From Candidatus Omnitrophota bacterium (GTDB lineage Bacteria > Omnitrophota > Omnitrophia > Omnitrophales > Aquincolibacteriaceae), in assembly GCA_041674705.1 (NCBI GenBank), contig JBAYVF010000001.1, positions 65,238 to 129,237 of the forward strand: DNA of 64,000 nt. Direction: 5' to 3'. The stretch's first letter is position 1; each line of letters starts with the position of its first letter. Positions 44,497 through 52,480 of the stretch are shown one piece after another. The notes under the pieces are model-generated. The model was given only the letters and a program-made list of their open reading frames with translations, did not search any database and was not told the DNA's origin. Position numbers and translations under genes: made by a program.

Positions 44497-47400
44497 ATCC
44501 GCCCTTGGATGCGATCCGTCTTCGTGGGGTTAAAACCCACAACTTAAAAAGTCTCGATCTCGAACTCCCGCACCGGAAACTTTATTGTATTACGGGTGTT
44601 TCCGGTTCCGGAAAGTCCTCCCTTGCTTTCGACACGCTTTACGCGGAAGGTCAGCGCCGCTACATTGAATCCGTTTCTGCCTACGCGCGTCAGTTTCTCG
44701 AGCGAATGGCCAAACCCGACCTGGAATCCGCCTCCGGCATTCCTCCCGCCCTGGCCATTCAGGCGAAAAATACGATCACGAATGCCCGCTCGACCGTCGG
44801 AACCCAAACCGAGATCAATGACCATCTGAGGGTGCTCTTTGCGCGGGCGGGCCGTCTCAGGTGTCCGGCATGCCAGACCCAGGTTGAAAAATACGATCCC
44901 TCCGGCGCGGCGGCGCATCTCATCAAAAAGTTTCCAAGCCAGGAAGCTCGTGTTGTTTTTCAGGTGGTGTTCGGGAAAAAGAGCCCGAAATATCTGCGTG
45001 AGAACCTGGAAGAACTCGAGCGGCAAGGTTTCAGCGGATTCTTCCACGGTGGCGCATGGCTTGACGCGGCCGCGCTTGCCAAAAAAAAGGCCGTTTTAAA
45101 AGAGGTTCTCGTGAGCGTGGATCTTTTGAAGATCAGCGAGTCCAATAAAGAACGGCTCACGGATTCTCTGGAGCAGGCGTTCCGTTTGGGGCGCGGGGAA
45201 GCTCAGGCGTGGGTGGCGGACAAGTCCCATTCTCCATCAAAAAAATTAGAGGTCAATGGGGCTAGTCCTGGCAACCTTTCAGGAAAAGAAAATGGTCCCA
45301 ATACTATTCAATTTCCACAGGGTGGAAATTGGGGCAATCCTGACTACCGTAATGGAAAAGAAAAAAAAAGTCAGGATGGAGGCCAGGGCAAAGTCCTGAA
45401 ATTTTCAGAAAAATCCCGCTGCGCTTCGTGCGGAAAGTCCTTTCCGGAACCATCGCCGAATCTTTTTTCTTTTAACAGCCCGCTCGGTGCGTGCCCGGCC
45501 TGCCAGGGATTCGGTCGTGTTATCACCGTCGATTGGGATCTCGTCGTTCCGGACGGCGCCAAGTCGATCAAGGACGGGGCCATCGAGCCCTGGACCAAGG
45601 CCAGCACCCGCTGGGAGCAGGGACAGTTTCTCGATTTTTGCCAGCGCAAACGCATCCCGATCCGGATGCCCTGGAAGAAACTCAAGCCCCAGGTCCGGAA
45701 ATGGATCCTTGAGGGTTATCCCGGAGACGATTTTGTCAGTGTCCGGGAATTTTTTGAATACATGAACAAAAGAACTTACAAGATGCACGTGAGGATCTTC
45801 CTTAACCGTTATCGCCGTTACGCGCCCTGTGAAACTTGCCATATGACGCGTCTGAAAACAGAGGCCCTCGACTTTCGTCTCGGACGGGAGCCTCAAGCTC
45901 CCGCCGAAGACGCATCGAATGAACAACATTCGATGCTGAGCCAGGGCAAGAACATCGCCCAGGTTCAGGCCCTGAGCATCCAGGATCTTTTGAAATTTCT
46001 TGAGACGCTCGAACTTACCCCGGAAGAAAAAGAAAAGGTGGGGCCGGTTCAGACGGAGCTTCTCAATCGCACGCGATTCTTAAAAGACGTCGGGCTCGGA
46101 TACCTGACGCTCGACCGTATGTCCCGCACGCTTTCAGGCGGGGAGGTCGAGCGTATCCATCTGGCGAGTTCTCTGGGCTCCGCTTTGGTCGACACGCTTT
46201 ATGTGCTGGATGAACCCTCGATCGGGCTTCATGAGCGCGACAATCAGATGCTGATCGCGCTCCTCCGGAAGCTTCGCGATCTCGGGAATACCGTCGTGGT
46301 CGTCGAACATGACCGGACCATGATCGGCGCTGCGGATTGTGTGATCGATCTGGGGCCTGCGGGAGGCGCCAAAGGCGGTGAGCTTATTTTTCAGGGAAGC
46401 GTCGATGAGCTCAAGAAATGTCCGGGTTCTGTGACGGGTGAGTACTTATCGGGGAAGCGTATTCTGGAGCGTCATGGGGCAAGTTCGTCCGTAGTTTTTC
46501 AATCTGTCATCCCCGAACGCTTTAATCGGGGATCCAGACTGGATTCCCGCTTTCGCGGGAATGACAAGCCTCTCAACCATGCATCGAACCATGTAATGCG
46601 TGCGGTTCGAAATAAGAGAAAAATCACGGTCCAGGGCGCGAAAGCGCACAATCTTAAAAGCATCAACGTGGAGATCCCGCTCGGGAAATTCACGGTCCTG
46701 ACGGGCGTCTCCGGTTCCGGAAAAAGCACGTTTCTTTATGAGATCCTCTACAACCATTTTTTGAAATTCAAAGGCCGTCCGGTATCGCAGGAGGAGCTCG
46801 GAACCGTGGAAAAGCTCCGCGGGTTCGAGCCTCTGGCGGAGATGGTGCTGATCGACCAGTCGCCTTTGGGCCGTTCGCCCCGCTCCAACCCGGCGACTTA
46901 TATGAAGGCGTTTGAAGATATCCGGAAGATCTTTGCGGCGACGCCTGAGGCCCGGCGCGAAGGATTCGACGCAGGTCATTTTTCTTTCAACGTCGAAAAA
47001 GGGCGTTGTCCGGTCTGCGAGGGCGATGGCGCTGTAAAAGTCGAGATGCATTTTCTTGCGGATATTTTCGTGCCGTGCGAAGAATGTCACGGGAAGCGTT
47101 TCAAGCCCGAAGTCCTCGAGATCCGGTATCAGGGCAAGCCCCATTCTCCTTCAAAAGAATCAAAGGTTAATGGGGCTAGTCCTGGCAACCTTTCAGAAAA
47201 AGAAAATGGAGGCCAGGGCAAGAATATTGATGAAGTGCTCAATATGACCGTAGACGAAGTTCTGGATTTTCTGCCGGCGAATAAAGGGCTTTTCGAGAAG
47301 CTCGCCATCTTGCAGAAGATCGGCCTGGGGTATCTCCGGCTTGGGCAGCCGACACTGACACTTTCAGGCGGAGAAGCCCAGCGTCTGAAGCTCGCCTTCG

Positions 47401-47705
47401 AACTTTCCCAGGGAAGTTCCAGCCCATCCTTGTATCTCTTGGATGAACCGACGACCGGGCTTCACGAAGATGATGTGCGGCATCTTATCCGGGCCTTTGA
47501 GGAACTTCTGGATCGCGGGCATTCGCTCCTTGTGATCGAGCATCATTTGGGTTTGATAGGGCTCGCGGACCATGTGATCGACCTGGGGCCCGAAGGTGGC
47601 GATCAGGGCGGGGAAGTGATGTATCAAGGGAATATTCCGGGTTTGATGGCGTGTGAGCGCTCCTATACGGGGAGGTATCTGAAGAAATATCTCGAAAAGG
47701 AGTAA
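44448..47705 (+). CDS. uvrA: Excinuclease ABC subunit A, carrying three in-frame repeat insertions
   Basis: THNLKSLDLELP, GVSGSGKSSLAFDTLYAEGQRRY, both ABC signature/Walker sets and the zinc-finger cysteines are all present. The ATG at 44448 lies inside a repeat. TTG at 44505 would give M-DAIRLRGVKTHNLK, the canonical UvrA N-terminus. Confidence 0.9.
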   Translation: MMKKKMKVRIEARASPDPPLDAIRLRGVKTHNLKSLDLELPHRKLYCITGVSGSGKSSLAFDTLYAEGQRRYIESVSAYARQFLERMAKPDLESASGIPPALAIQAKNTITNARSTVGTQTEINDHLRVLFARAGRLRCPACQTQVEKYDPSGAAAHLIKKFPSQEARVVFQVVFGKKSPKYLRENLEELERQGFSGFFHGGAWLDAAALAKKKAVLKEVLVSVDLLKISESNKERLTDSLEQAFRLGRGEAQAWVADKSHSPSKKLEVNGASPGNLSGKENGPNTIQFPQGGNWGNPDYRNGKEKKSQDGGQGKVLKFSEKSRCASCGKSFPEPSPNLFSFNSPLGACPACQGFGRVITVDWDLVVPDGAKSIKDGAIEPWTKASTRWEQGQFLDFCQRKRIPIRMPWKKLKPQVRKWILEGYPGDDFVSVREFFEYMNKRTYKMHVRIFLNRYRRYAPCETCHMTRLKTEALDFRLGREPQAPAEDASNEQHSMLSQGKNIAQVQALSIQDLLKFLETLELTPEEKEKVGPVQTELLNRTRFLKDVGLGYLTLDRMSRTLSGGEVERIHLASSLGSALVDTLYVLDEPSIGLHERDNQMLIALLRKLRDLGNTVVVVEHDRTMIGAADCVIDLGPAGGAKGGELIFQGSVDELKKCPGSVTGEYLSGKRILERHGASSSVVFQSVIPERFNRGSRLDSRFRGNDKPLNHASNHVMRAVRNKRKITVQGAKAHNLKSINVEIPLGKFTVLTGVSGSGKSTFLYEILYNHFLKFKGRPVSQEELGTVEKLRGFEPLAEMVLIDQSPLGRSPRSNPATYMKAFEDIRKIFAATPEARREGFDAGHFSFNVEKGRCPVCEGDGAVKVEMHFLADIFVPCEECHGKRFKPEVLEIRYQGKPHSPSKESKVNGASPGNLSEKENGGQGKNIDEVLNMTVDEVLDFLPANKGLFEKLAILQKIGLGYLRLGQPTLTLSGGEAQRLKLAFELSQGSSSPSLYLLDEPTTGLHEDDVRHLIRAFEELLDRGHSLLVIEHHLGLIGLADHVIDLGPEGGDQGGEVMYQGNIPGLMACERSYTGRYLKKYLEKE
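45226..45398. repeat. PHSPSK-element, copy 2, in-frame inside uvrA
   Basis: Encodes SHSPSKKLEVNGASPGNLSGKENGPNTIQFPQGGNWGNPDYRNGKEKKSQDGGQGKV, located just before the ...FSEKSRCASCG zinc-finger region. Bracketed by AAGTCC (45222-45227 and 45391-45396). Confidence 0.85.
46506..46565. repeat. GTCAT...ATGAC nested palindromic element, copy 5, in-frame inside uvrA
   Basis: 60 nt: gtcatccccgaacgctttaatcggggatccagactggattcccgctttcgcgggaatgac. Translated as VIPERFNRGSRLDSRFRGND in the linker between the two UvrA halves. Confidence 0.85.
47139..47222. repeat. PHSPSK-element, copy 3 (short form), in-frame inside uvrA
   Basis: 84 nt encoding PHSPSKESKVNGASPGNLSEKENGGQGK, inserted within the conserved YxGK|NIDEVLxMT segment. 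It lacks the 84-nt inner module of copy 2 (45296-45379). Flanked by the 9-nt direct repeat CAGGGCAAG (47130-47138 and 47214-47222). Confidence 0.85.
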
Positions 47706-47770
47706 GGAGTACGGTGTACGGCGTCACGCCTTGCGAGATTTTCGCCGTACGCCGTACACCTTCCGCTGTA
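47703..47770. repeat. Word-hairpin element (GTACGG family)
   Basis: aaggagtacggtgtacggcg ... cgccgtacgccgtacaccttccgctgtac. It forms a stem of at least 15 bp with one G-U pair and overlaps the uvrA stop. Confidence 0.8.
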
Positions 47771-47806
47771 CTAGCGTTTTCCAGCTTCATCAGGTATCCT
47801 CTGTAC

Positions 47807-48277
47807 ATGAACAGAAACGTGTTGTTTTTCATCTTTTTGAGCGTACTCGCCGGTCTCAATGTAGGATCGATCCGGAGGTCGGAGGATCCTGTCCGGGACA
47901 CTCAGACCAATCCGATCCTTTACGAGCAGAAGAAGGAAGAGGAAAAGGACGGGAAAAAGGGGCCGCTTTTGTACCATGTCAAAAACTCTCCCCGGGAAAC
48001 CTTTTTTATAGACCCTCCGTATGAAAAAGCAAAAAAGACAGTAGCAGAAGAAATCATGACCGAAAAGGCTCCCTCCTCCGCGGATACTGCAGGATGGTGG
48101 GAAGAGCCGGCCACGGCACCCCAAACGGAAGCGTTTGTTGAAACGGTTCCCCAATCCTTGCCAGAGTCTTTGCCTGAAGCAGAACAGGCCCAGAACCCTG
48201 AAGTTGCGGCGCAGTCCACTTCCGCGCCGGAGGCTGAAAAAGCCCCCTCCGGTAAAGGGAATGATTATTGGTGGTAA
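47807..48277 (+). CDS. Secreted low-complexity (Glu/Pro/Ala-rich) hypothetical protein
   Basis: Start at MNRNVLFFIFLSVLAGLNVGS (signal peptide). The ORF-track start at 47714 lies in the hairpin repeat. Confidence 0.45.
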   Translation: MNRNVLFFIFLSVLAGLNVGSIRRSEDPVRDTQTNPILYEQKKEEEKDGKKGPLLYHVKNSPRETFFIDPPYEKAKKTVAEEIMTEKAPSSADTAGWWEEPATAPQTEAFVETVPQSLPESLPEAEQAQNPEVAAQSTSAPEAEKAPSGKGNDYWW

Positions 48278-48278
48278 T

Positions 48279-48366
48279 GGGGACAGGCTGATTTTAAAAC
48301 AAAGGGGTCAGGCACCATTTTATAAAATCCAAAATGGAGCCAGACCCCGAAAATCTGCCTGTCCCC
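48279..48366. repeat. Nested palindrome built on GGGGACAGGC
   Basis: The outer stem is ggggacaggctgatttt / aaaatctgcctgtcccc. The inner stem is ggggtcaggcaccatttt / aaaatggagccagacccc. It starts 2 nt after the upstream stop codon. Confidence 0.8.
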
Positions 48367-48493
48367 TTTCTCAAGAGAATGGGTTTTCTGCCGAAACTCT
48401 ATCAGGTGTTTTTTTAGTGATAAAACGGGTATAATTTGTGCTGTTCTTCGGGGGTGCTCCCCATTAACCTCTCCTTAAAAAAGGCGGTTTTTT

Positions 48494-50149
48494 ATGAATA
48501 AATGGCGTCGCTGGAAATTATTCCTGATGGATCACTGGGTGAAGGCTGCCATCATTTTTGCGGCGGTGATTCTTGTGGTCGCGTCGATCTGGGGCATGGC
48601 CTCCCTTGAAAGTTATTACCGGAACATCACTCTCGCCCAATTGCCGCTTCAGATCCTTATGGTCATCATCAATTCGGTGATCTTTGTGTACATGTACATG
48701 ATGGTCTTCCAGAGCGGATTCTCGAAGATGGGGAAGAAAACCATCAAGTCCAACGACGTCAATATCAAGTTCTCGGACGTGATCGGGATCGATGAGGCCA
48801 AGGACGAATGCTGGGAAGTGGTGCAATTGATCAAAGACCATGCGCGACTCAAGAAGATCGGCGGGAGGATCTTGCGCGGGATCTTGATGATGGGACCTCC
48901 GGGATGCGGGAAAACCTATCTGGCCAAAGCCATCGCGACCGAGGCCGGGCTTCCATTTTTATCGATGGCGGCGAGTGAATTTAACGAGATCTTTGTGGGG
49001 GTGGGCGCGAGCCGCGTACGCCAGCTTTTTAAGAAAGCCCAGCGCCTTGCCTATGGCTTTGGCGGCTGCATCGTTTTTATCGACGAACTGGATGCGATGG
49101 GGTCACGCCGGACTTTCAGTCAGTTTGGAAGCGGCGAAGGCAACACCACCCAGAACCAGTTGCTGGTGGCGATGGACGGATTGAGTGATAAAGCCGAGAA
49201 CATCATCGTGATCGGCGCGACGAATGCCGGAGAGGAAATTTTAGACCCCGCGCTTCTTCGTCCGGGCCGTTTTGACCGCAAGGTGTATATCAAGAAGCCG
49301 AGTCTCGAAGGCCGGGAATCGCTTTTCCGCTATTATCTGAGCAAGGTGAAATATGAAGCGGGGATCGATTGCAAGCGCCTCGCGCGCAAGGCGGTCGATA
49401 AATCGCCGGCGGATATCGAAAATATCGTCAAGGAATCAGCGCTCATCGCCACACGTAATAAAAAAGATGTGGTGGGATTGCGTGATATTTCCGAAGCGAT
49501 CGAGCGTATCGAGCTTGGCATGAAGCAAAAGCTTACGATTAATGCCCGTGAGCGCGAGATGACCGCTTATCACGAAACCGGGCATTTGATCACGACCTAT
49601 CTGTCGCATCCTCGTGATGATGTGTTCAAGGCTTCGATCATTCCAAGAAAATCTTCTCTGGGCGTGGTCCATCCCACGTCGATCGAAGAGTGGCACGGCC
49701 GGGATCGTGAAACCTTGTTCGCCGATATCAAGATCTGTCTGGCGGGGTATGTGGCCGAGAAGATCAAGTTCAACACGACGACGACCGGAGTGACTTCTGA
49801 TTTTAAACAAGCGATGCATCTCGCTCATTTCATGGTGTGGGTGCTTGGTATGGGGCCTTCCGGCTTGATCGGGGATTACACGATCTATAAGGACGGCAAT
49901 GCCATTCTCCTCTCTGAGGATGTGAAGTTGCGCCTCAACCAGGATGTGGACAAGGTCCTCCAGGCGTGCATGGGCGAAGTCGAAACGCTTCTCCGGAAGG
50001 AAAAAGATCTCTTCGAGCGTTTTGCGCATGAGCTTCTGACCAAACAAGAACTCGACTATGATGAGATCGAAGCTGTCTTTGCGGAATACGGCAAGGTCAA
50101 TCCTCGGCGGGCCTTTTTGACGCAGGGCACGGAACCGCCGAAGGTTTAA
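48494..50149 (+). CDS. ftsH: ATP-dependent zinc metalloprotease FtsH-like (short N-terminal region)
   Basis: Two N-terminal TM segments, Walker A GPPGCGKTYLAKA, Walker B IVFIDELD, the SRH region, and the HEXXH zinc site YHETGHLI. Confidence 0.85.
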   Translation: MNKWRRWKLFLMDHWVKAAIIFAAVILVVASIWGMASLESYYRNITLAQLPLQILMVIINSVIFVYMYMMVFQSGFSKMGKKTIKSNDVNIKFSDVIGIDEAKDECWEVVQLIKDHARLKKIGGRILRGILMMGPPGCGKTYLAKAIATEAGLPFLSMAASEFNEIFVGVGASRVRQLFKKAQRLAYGFGGCIVFIDELDAMGSRRTFSQFGSGEGNTTQNQLLVAMDGLSDKAENIIVIGATNAGEEILDPALLRPGRFDRKVYIKKPSLEGRESLFRYYLSKVKYEAGIDCKRLARKAVDKSPADIENIVKESALIATRNKKDVVGLRDISEAIERIELGMKQKLTINAREREMTAYHETGHLITTYLSHPRDDVFKASIIPRKSSLGVVHPTSIEEWHGRDRETLFADIKICLAGYVAEKIKFNTTTTGVTSDFKQAMHLAHFMVWVLGMGPSGLIGDYTIYKDGNAILLSEDVKLRLNQDVDKVLQACMGEVETLLRKEKDLFERFAHELLTKQELDYDEIEAVFAEYGKVNPRRAFLTQGTEPPKV

Positions 50150-50153
50150 GACT

Positions 50154-51563
50154 TTGGATCTGTACGCGATTTCAAAAAAGGGGACAGGCTGGTTTTTAGG
50201 GAAAACCAGCCTGTCCCCTTTGTTTTTTCTGGCGCTTTGTCTTCTTCTATCAAGCTGCGGGTCCGCGACCTATCCGGAAGCCCGTTGCAAAGCAGCTCTT
50301 CAGGAGATCGCCCTCAAGGAATACAACATCCCTCACATCGAAGTCGAATTCGTCGGAACAACGCTCGGAGTATTCCTGCCTCTCGATCAACTTTTTTCGG
50401 CCGACCTTAAAGAGGCCTTGATGAGCGGAAAAGTGACGGATATGGAGAGCCTTTTTCAGCCGACGGAGGAGGCCATCGACAAAGTCGAAGATATTCTTTT
50501 TTCCATGTCGCGGGTCATGCTGAGCACCGACAAGAAGTTCGAGTTTTATTATTTGCAGGCCACCGATGTCGAAAAAAGCGGTATGGATCTGACCTTTATT
50601 GGTCAGATCGATGATCTCAAGCGGGTGCGGTTCTGGGACATCCCGCGCAGTGAATACCGAAAACGCATTATCCATGATCTTCGGATGAACCGGGCTGCGG
50701 TTTGGCACCGGTCCGTGCGGCATTTTTTCAAGGATCTGAATGAAGCCGTCGTGAGTGATGTCCAAAGCCGTTATTTCCCTAACACTTCTCAGGCCAAATG
50801 GGCTCAGGAATTCTTTTTTACGGACGCCGGAGGTTCGGTCGTGCCGCGGGGTCGCGCCGAGTGGACGGTGCTCGACCTGAAAAGCATTCCGATCCAGGAC
50901 AATGACATCGTGGTCTATGCCAAGGCCCAAGTCGCCCCCAAGGACCCAGGGGATACCGGTTTCAAATCGAAGGTGATGGAGTATTTATTCCAGATCTCCA
51001 CCGTGGACGATACGGAAAAAATACGCCGGATCATTCCGATGGCCTATCTGGACGACAAGACCGCGACGCCGGGCTTCACATTCACCCGTGATATGGTCGC
51101 CAGGAGTCTTCCCAATTGGGAAACAGAGTTCAAGACGCCGGACCTTACGATGGGGGATTTTCTTGCGCGTCAGTTTACGCGCCGGTTTCAGGCAACCGCG
51201 GCGGAAGATGAGCGGATCGCCAACACCTTCGCCAACGTCAAGCTCGTGGTCCGTTTTGAACCCCAGCCGGAACGGTGCTTTCTTTTCAACGCCGTTGCTC
51301 CGTTGAAAAATCCAAAAGAAGAAGCTTATGCCCCGGGCCGGGGGCTTCATGAGGACGTTCTGTATTTTTGGGATCGTGTGGCCCGGGAATTTGTGGAGGT
51401 ATTGCGAAGTTATAGTTTTCAGGATTATAAGTTTTTGAAGTTTCAATTGTCCCAGGGGGGGAAGACGCTGACCTGGACCGTCACGAGTGAAGACCTCGAG
51501 CTTTTTCGCCGCCACAAAAAATCCCTGAAGGACATCCTCACGCTCTCTCCCGACAACGCCTGA
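50154..51563 (+). CDS. Putative lipoprotein, function unknown (start uncertain)
   Basis: Lipobox-like LLLSSCGS. The ORF-track TTG start at 50154 places the ftsH terminator hairpin inside the first 25 codons. The alternative TTG at 50220 gives a very short signal peptide. Confidence 0.45.
   Translation: MDLYAISKKGTGWFLGKTSLSPLFFLALCLLLSSCGSATYPEARCKAALQEIALKEYNIPHIEVEFVGTTLGVFLPLDQLFSADLKEALMSGKVTDMESLFQPTEEAIDKVEDILFSMSRVMLSTDKKFEFYYLQATDVEKSGMDLTFIGQIDDLKRVRFWDIPRSEYRKRIIHDLRMNRAAVWHRSVRHFFKDLNEAVVSDVQSRYFPNTSQAKWAQEFFFTDAGGSVVPRGRAEWTVLDLKSIPIQDNDIVVYAKAQVAPKDPGDTGFKSKVMEYLFQISTVDDTEKIRRIIPMAYLDDKTATPGFTFTRDMVARSLPNWETEFKTPDLTMGDFLARQFTRRFQATAAEDERIANTFANVKLVVRFEPQPERCFLFNAVAPLKNPKEEAYAPGRGLHEDVLYFWDRVAREFVEVLRSYSFQDYKFLKFQLSQGGKTLTWTVTSEDLELFRRHKKSLKDILTLSPDNA
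50180..50228 (+). terminator. Strong Rho-independent terminator after ftsH (GGGGACAGGC hairpin)
   Basis: ggggacaggctggttttt-aggg-aaaaccagcctgtcccc followed by tttgtttttt. An A-run upstream makes it potentially bidirectional. Confidence 0.75.
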
Positions 51564-51783
51564 GCTTTTCCCGGGCCTTAGTTTTGCTTTACCGCACTTC
51601 GCGCGGTGGTATAATAACGCCCTGTTTCGGAAGCAAGTTCCCCTTGCTCCTGTTCCGACGGCATCTTTTTTAATTCCCGGAGGCTTGCCCCGTTAGAGTT
51701 TATGAACGGGAAATAAAGCGTTTGAGGGAATGGATTTTAGTAGTGATGCACTATCAAAAAACTTCAAAACTCTCGGGGTGGAT

Positions 51784-52371
51784 ATGGCAGAATTTAAAGG
51801 AAGCAAAACGGCTGAAAACCTCATGAAATCTTTCGCGGGCGAGTCCCAGGCGAGGATGCGCTATACCTATTACTCCAAAGTCGCCCTGAAGGAAGGCTAT
51901 CGCCAGATCTCTAATATCTTTTCAGAGACTGCGGAAAATGAGCGTGAACACGCCAAGCTTTTCTATGCTCATCTGATCAAGCATGGCCTGAATGAAAATC
52001 CTGTTACGATCAACGCGACTTATCCTGTGGCGCTCGGGGATACCCTTCATAATCTCAAATATGCCGCCGCCGGAGAGACGGAAGAATGGACGGATCTTTA
52101 TCCGTCGTTCGGCGCTGTGGCCGATCAGGAAGGTTTTTCGGATGTCGCGAGGACTTTCAAGCACGTGGCGGGAGTTGAGAAGCGCCACGCGGAGCGCTAC
52201 AACAAGCTCCACAATGCCCTGGAACAGCACAAACTTTTTGTGAAGGACGGGAAGGTCTATTGGAAATGCCTTGAGTGCGGGTATATCGTCGAGGCCTCCA
52301 AAGCGCCGGAGCGTTGCCCGGTCTGCGATCATCCGCAGGGCAATTTTGAGATCTGGATCGAAAATTATTAA
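51784..52371 (+). CDS. rbr: Rubrerythrin
   Basis: Start at MAEFKGSKTAENLMKSFAGESQARMRYTYY. Contains a ferritin-like diiron domain (E..EH pairs) and a C-terminal rubredoxin-like CLECG...CPVCDHP. An extended -10 (TGgTATAAT, 51607-51615) lies upstream. Confidence 0.9.
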   Translation: MAEFKGSKTAENLMKSFAGESQARMRYTYYSKVALKEGYRQISNIFSETAENEREHAKLFYAHLIKHGLNENPVTINATYPVALGDTLHNLKYAAAGETEEWTDLYPSFGAVADQEGFSDVARTFKHVAGVEKRHAERYNKLHNALEQHKLFVKDGKVYWKCLECGYIVEASKAPERCPVCDHPQGNFEIWIENY

Positions 52372-52372
52372 T

Positions 52373-52445
52373 AACAGACTACAGACAACAGACTACAGAC
52401 CGAAGCAAAAGCTTTTAGTCTGTGGTCTCTCGTCTCATGTCTCAT
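52373..52445. repeat. Word-hairpin element (CAGACTACAGAC family)
   Basis: aacagactacagacaacagactacagac ... gtctgtggtctctcgtctcatgtctcat. Confidence 0.75.
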
Positions 52446-52450
52446 AAAAG

Positions 52451-52470
52451 CCTGCCTGCCGGCAGGCAGG
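52451..52470. promoter_or_regulatory. Perfect 20-nt palindrome abutting the fba ribosome-binding site
   Basis: cctgcctgcc|ggcaggcagg followed by gagaaaataaATG. The 3' arm provides the G-rich part of the likely RBS (GGGAG). Confidence 0.4.
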
Positions 52471-52480
52471 GAGAAAATAA

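Noticed and set aside
51730-51783. Upstream extension of rubrerythrin (MDFSSDALSKNFKTLGVD), and a possible PerR/Fur-like box TGATGCACTATCA at about 51745-51760.
   Set aside because: Rubrerythrins normally start close to the MAEFKGSKTAENL sequence. The inverted repeat is short and imperfect and does not match the PerR or Fur consensus well enough to call.
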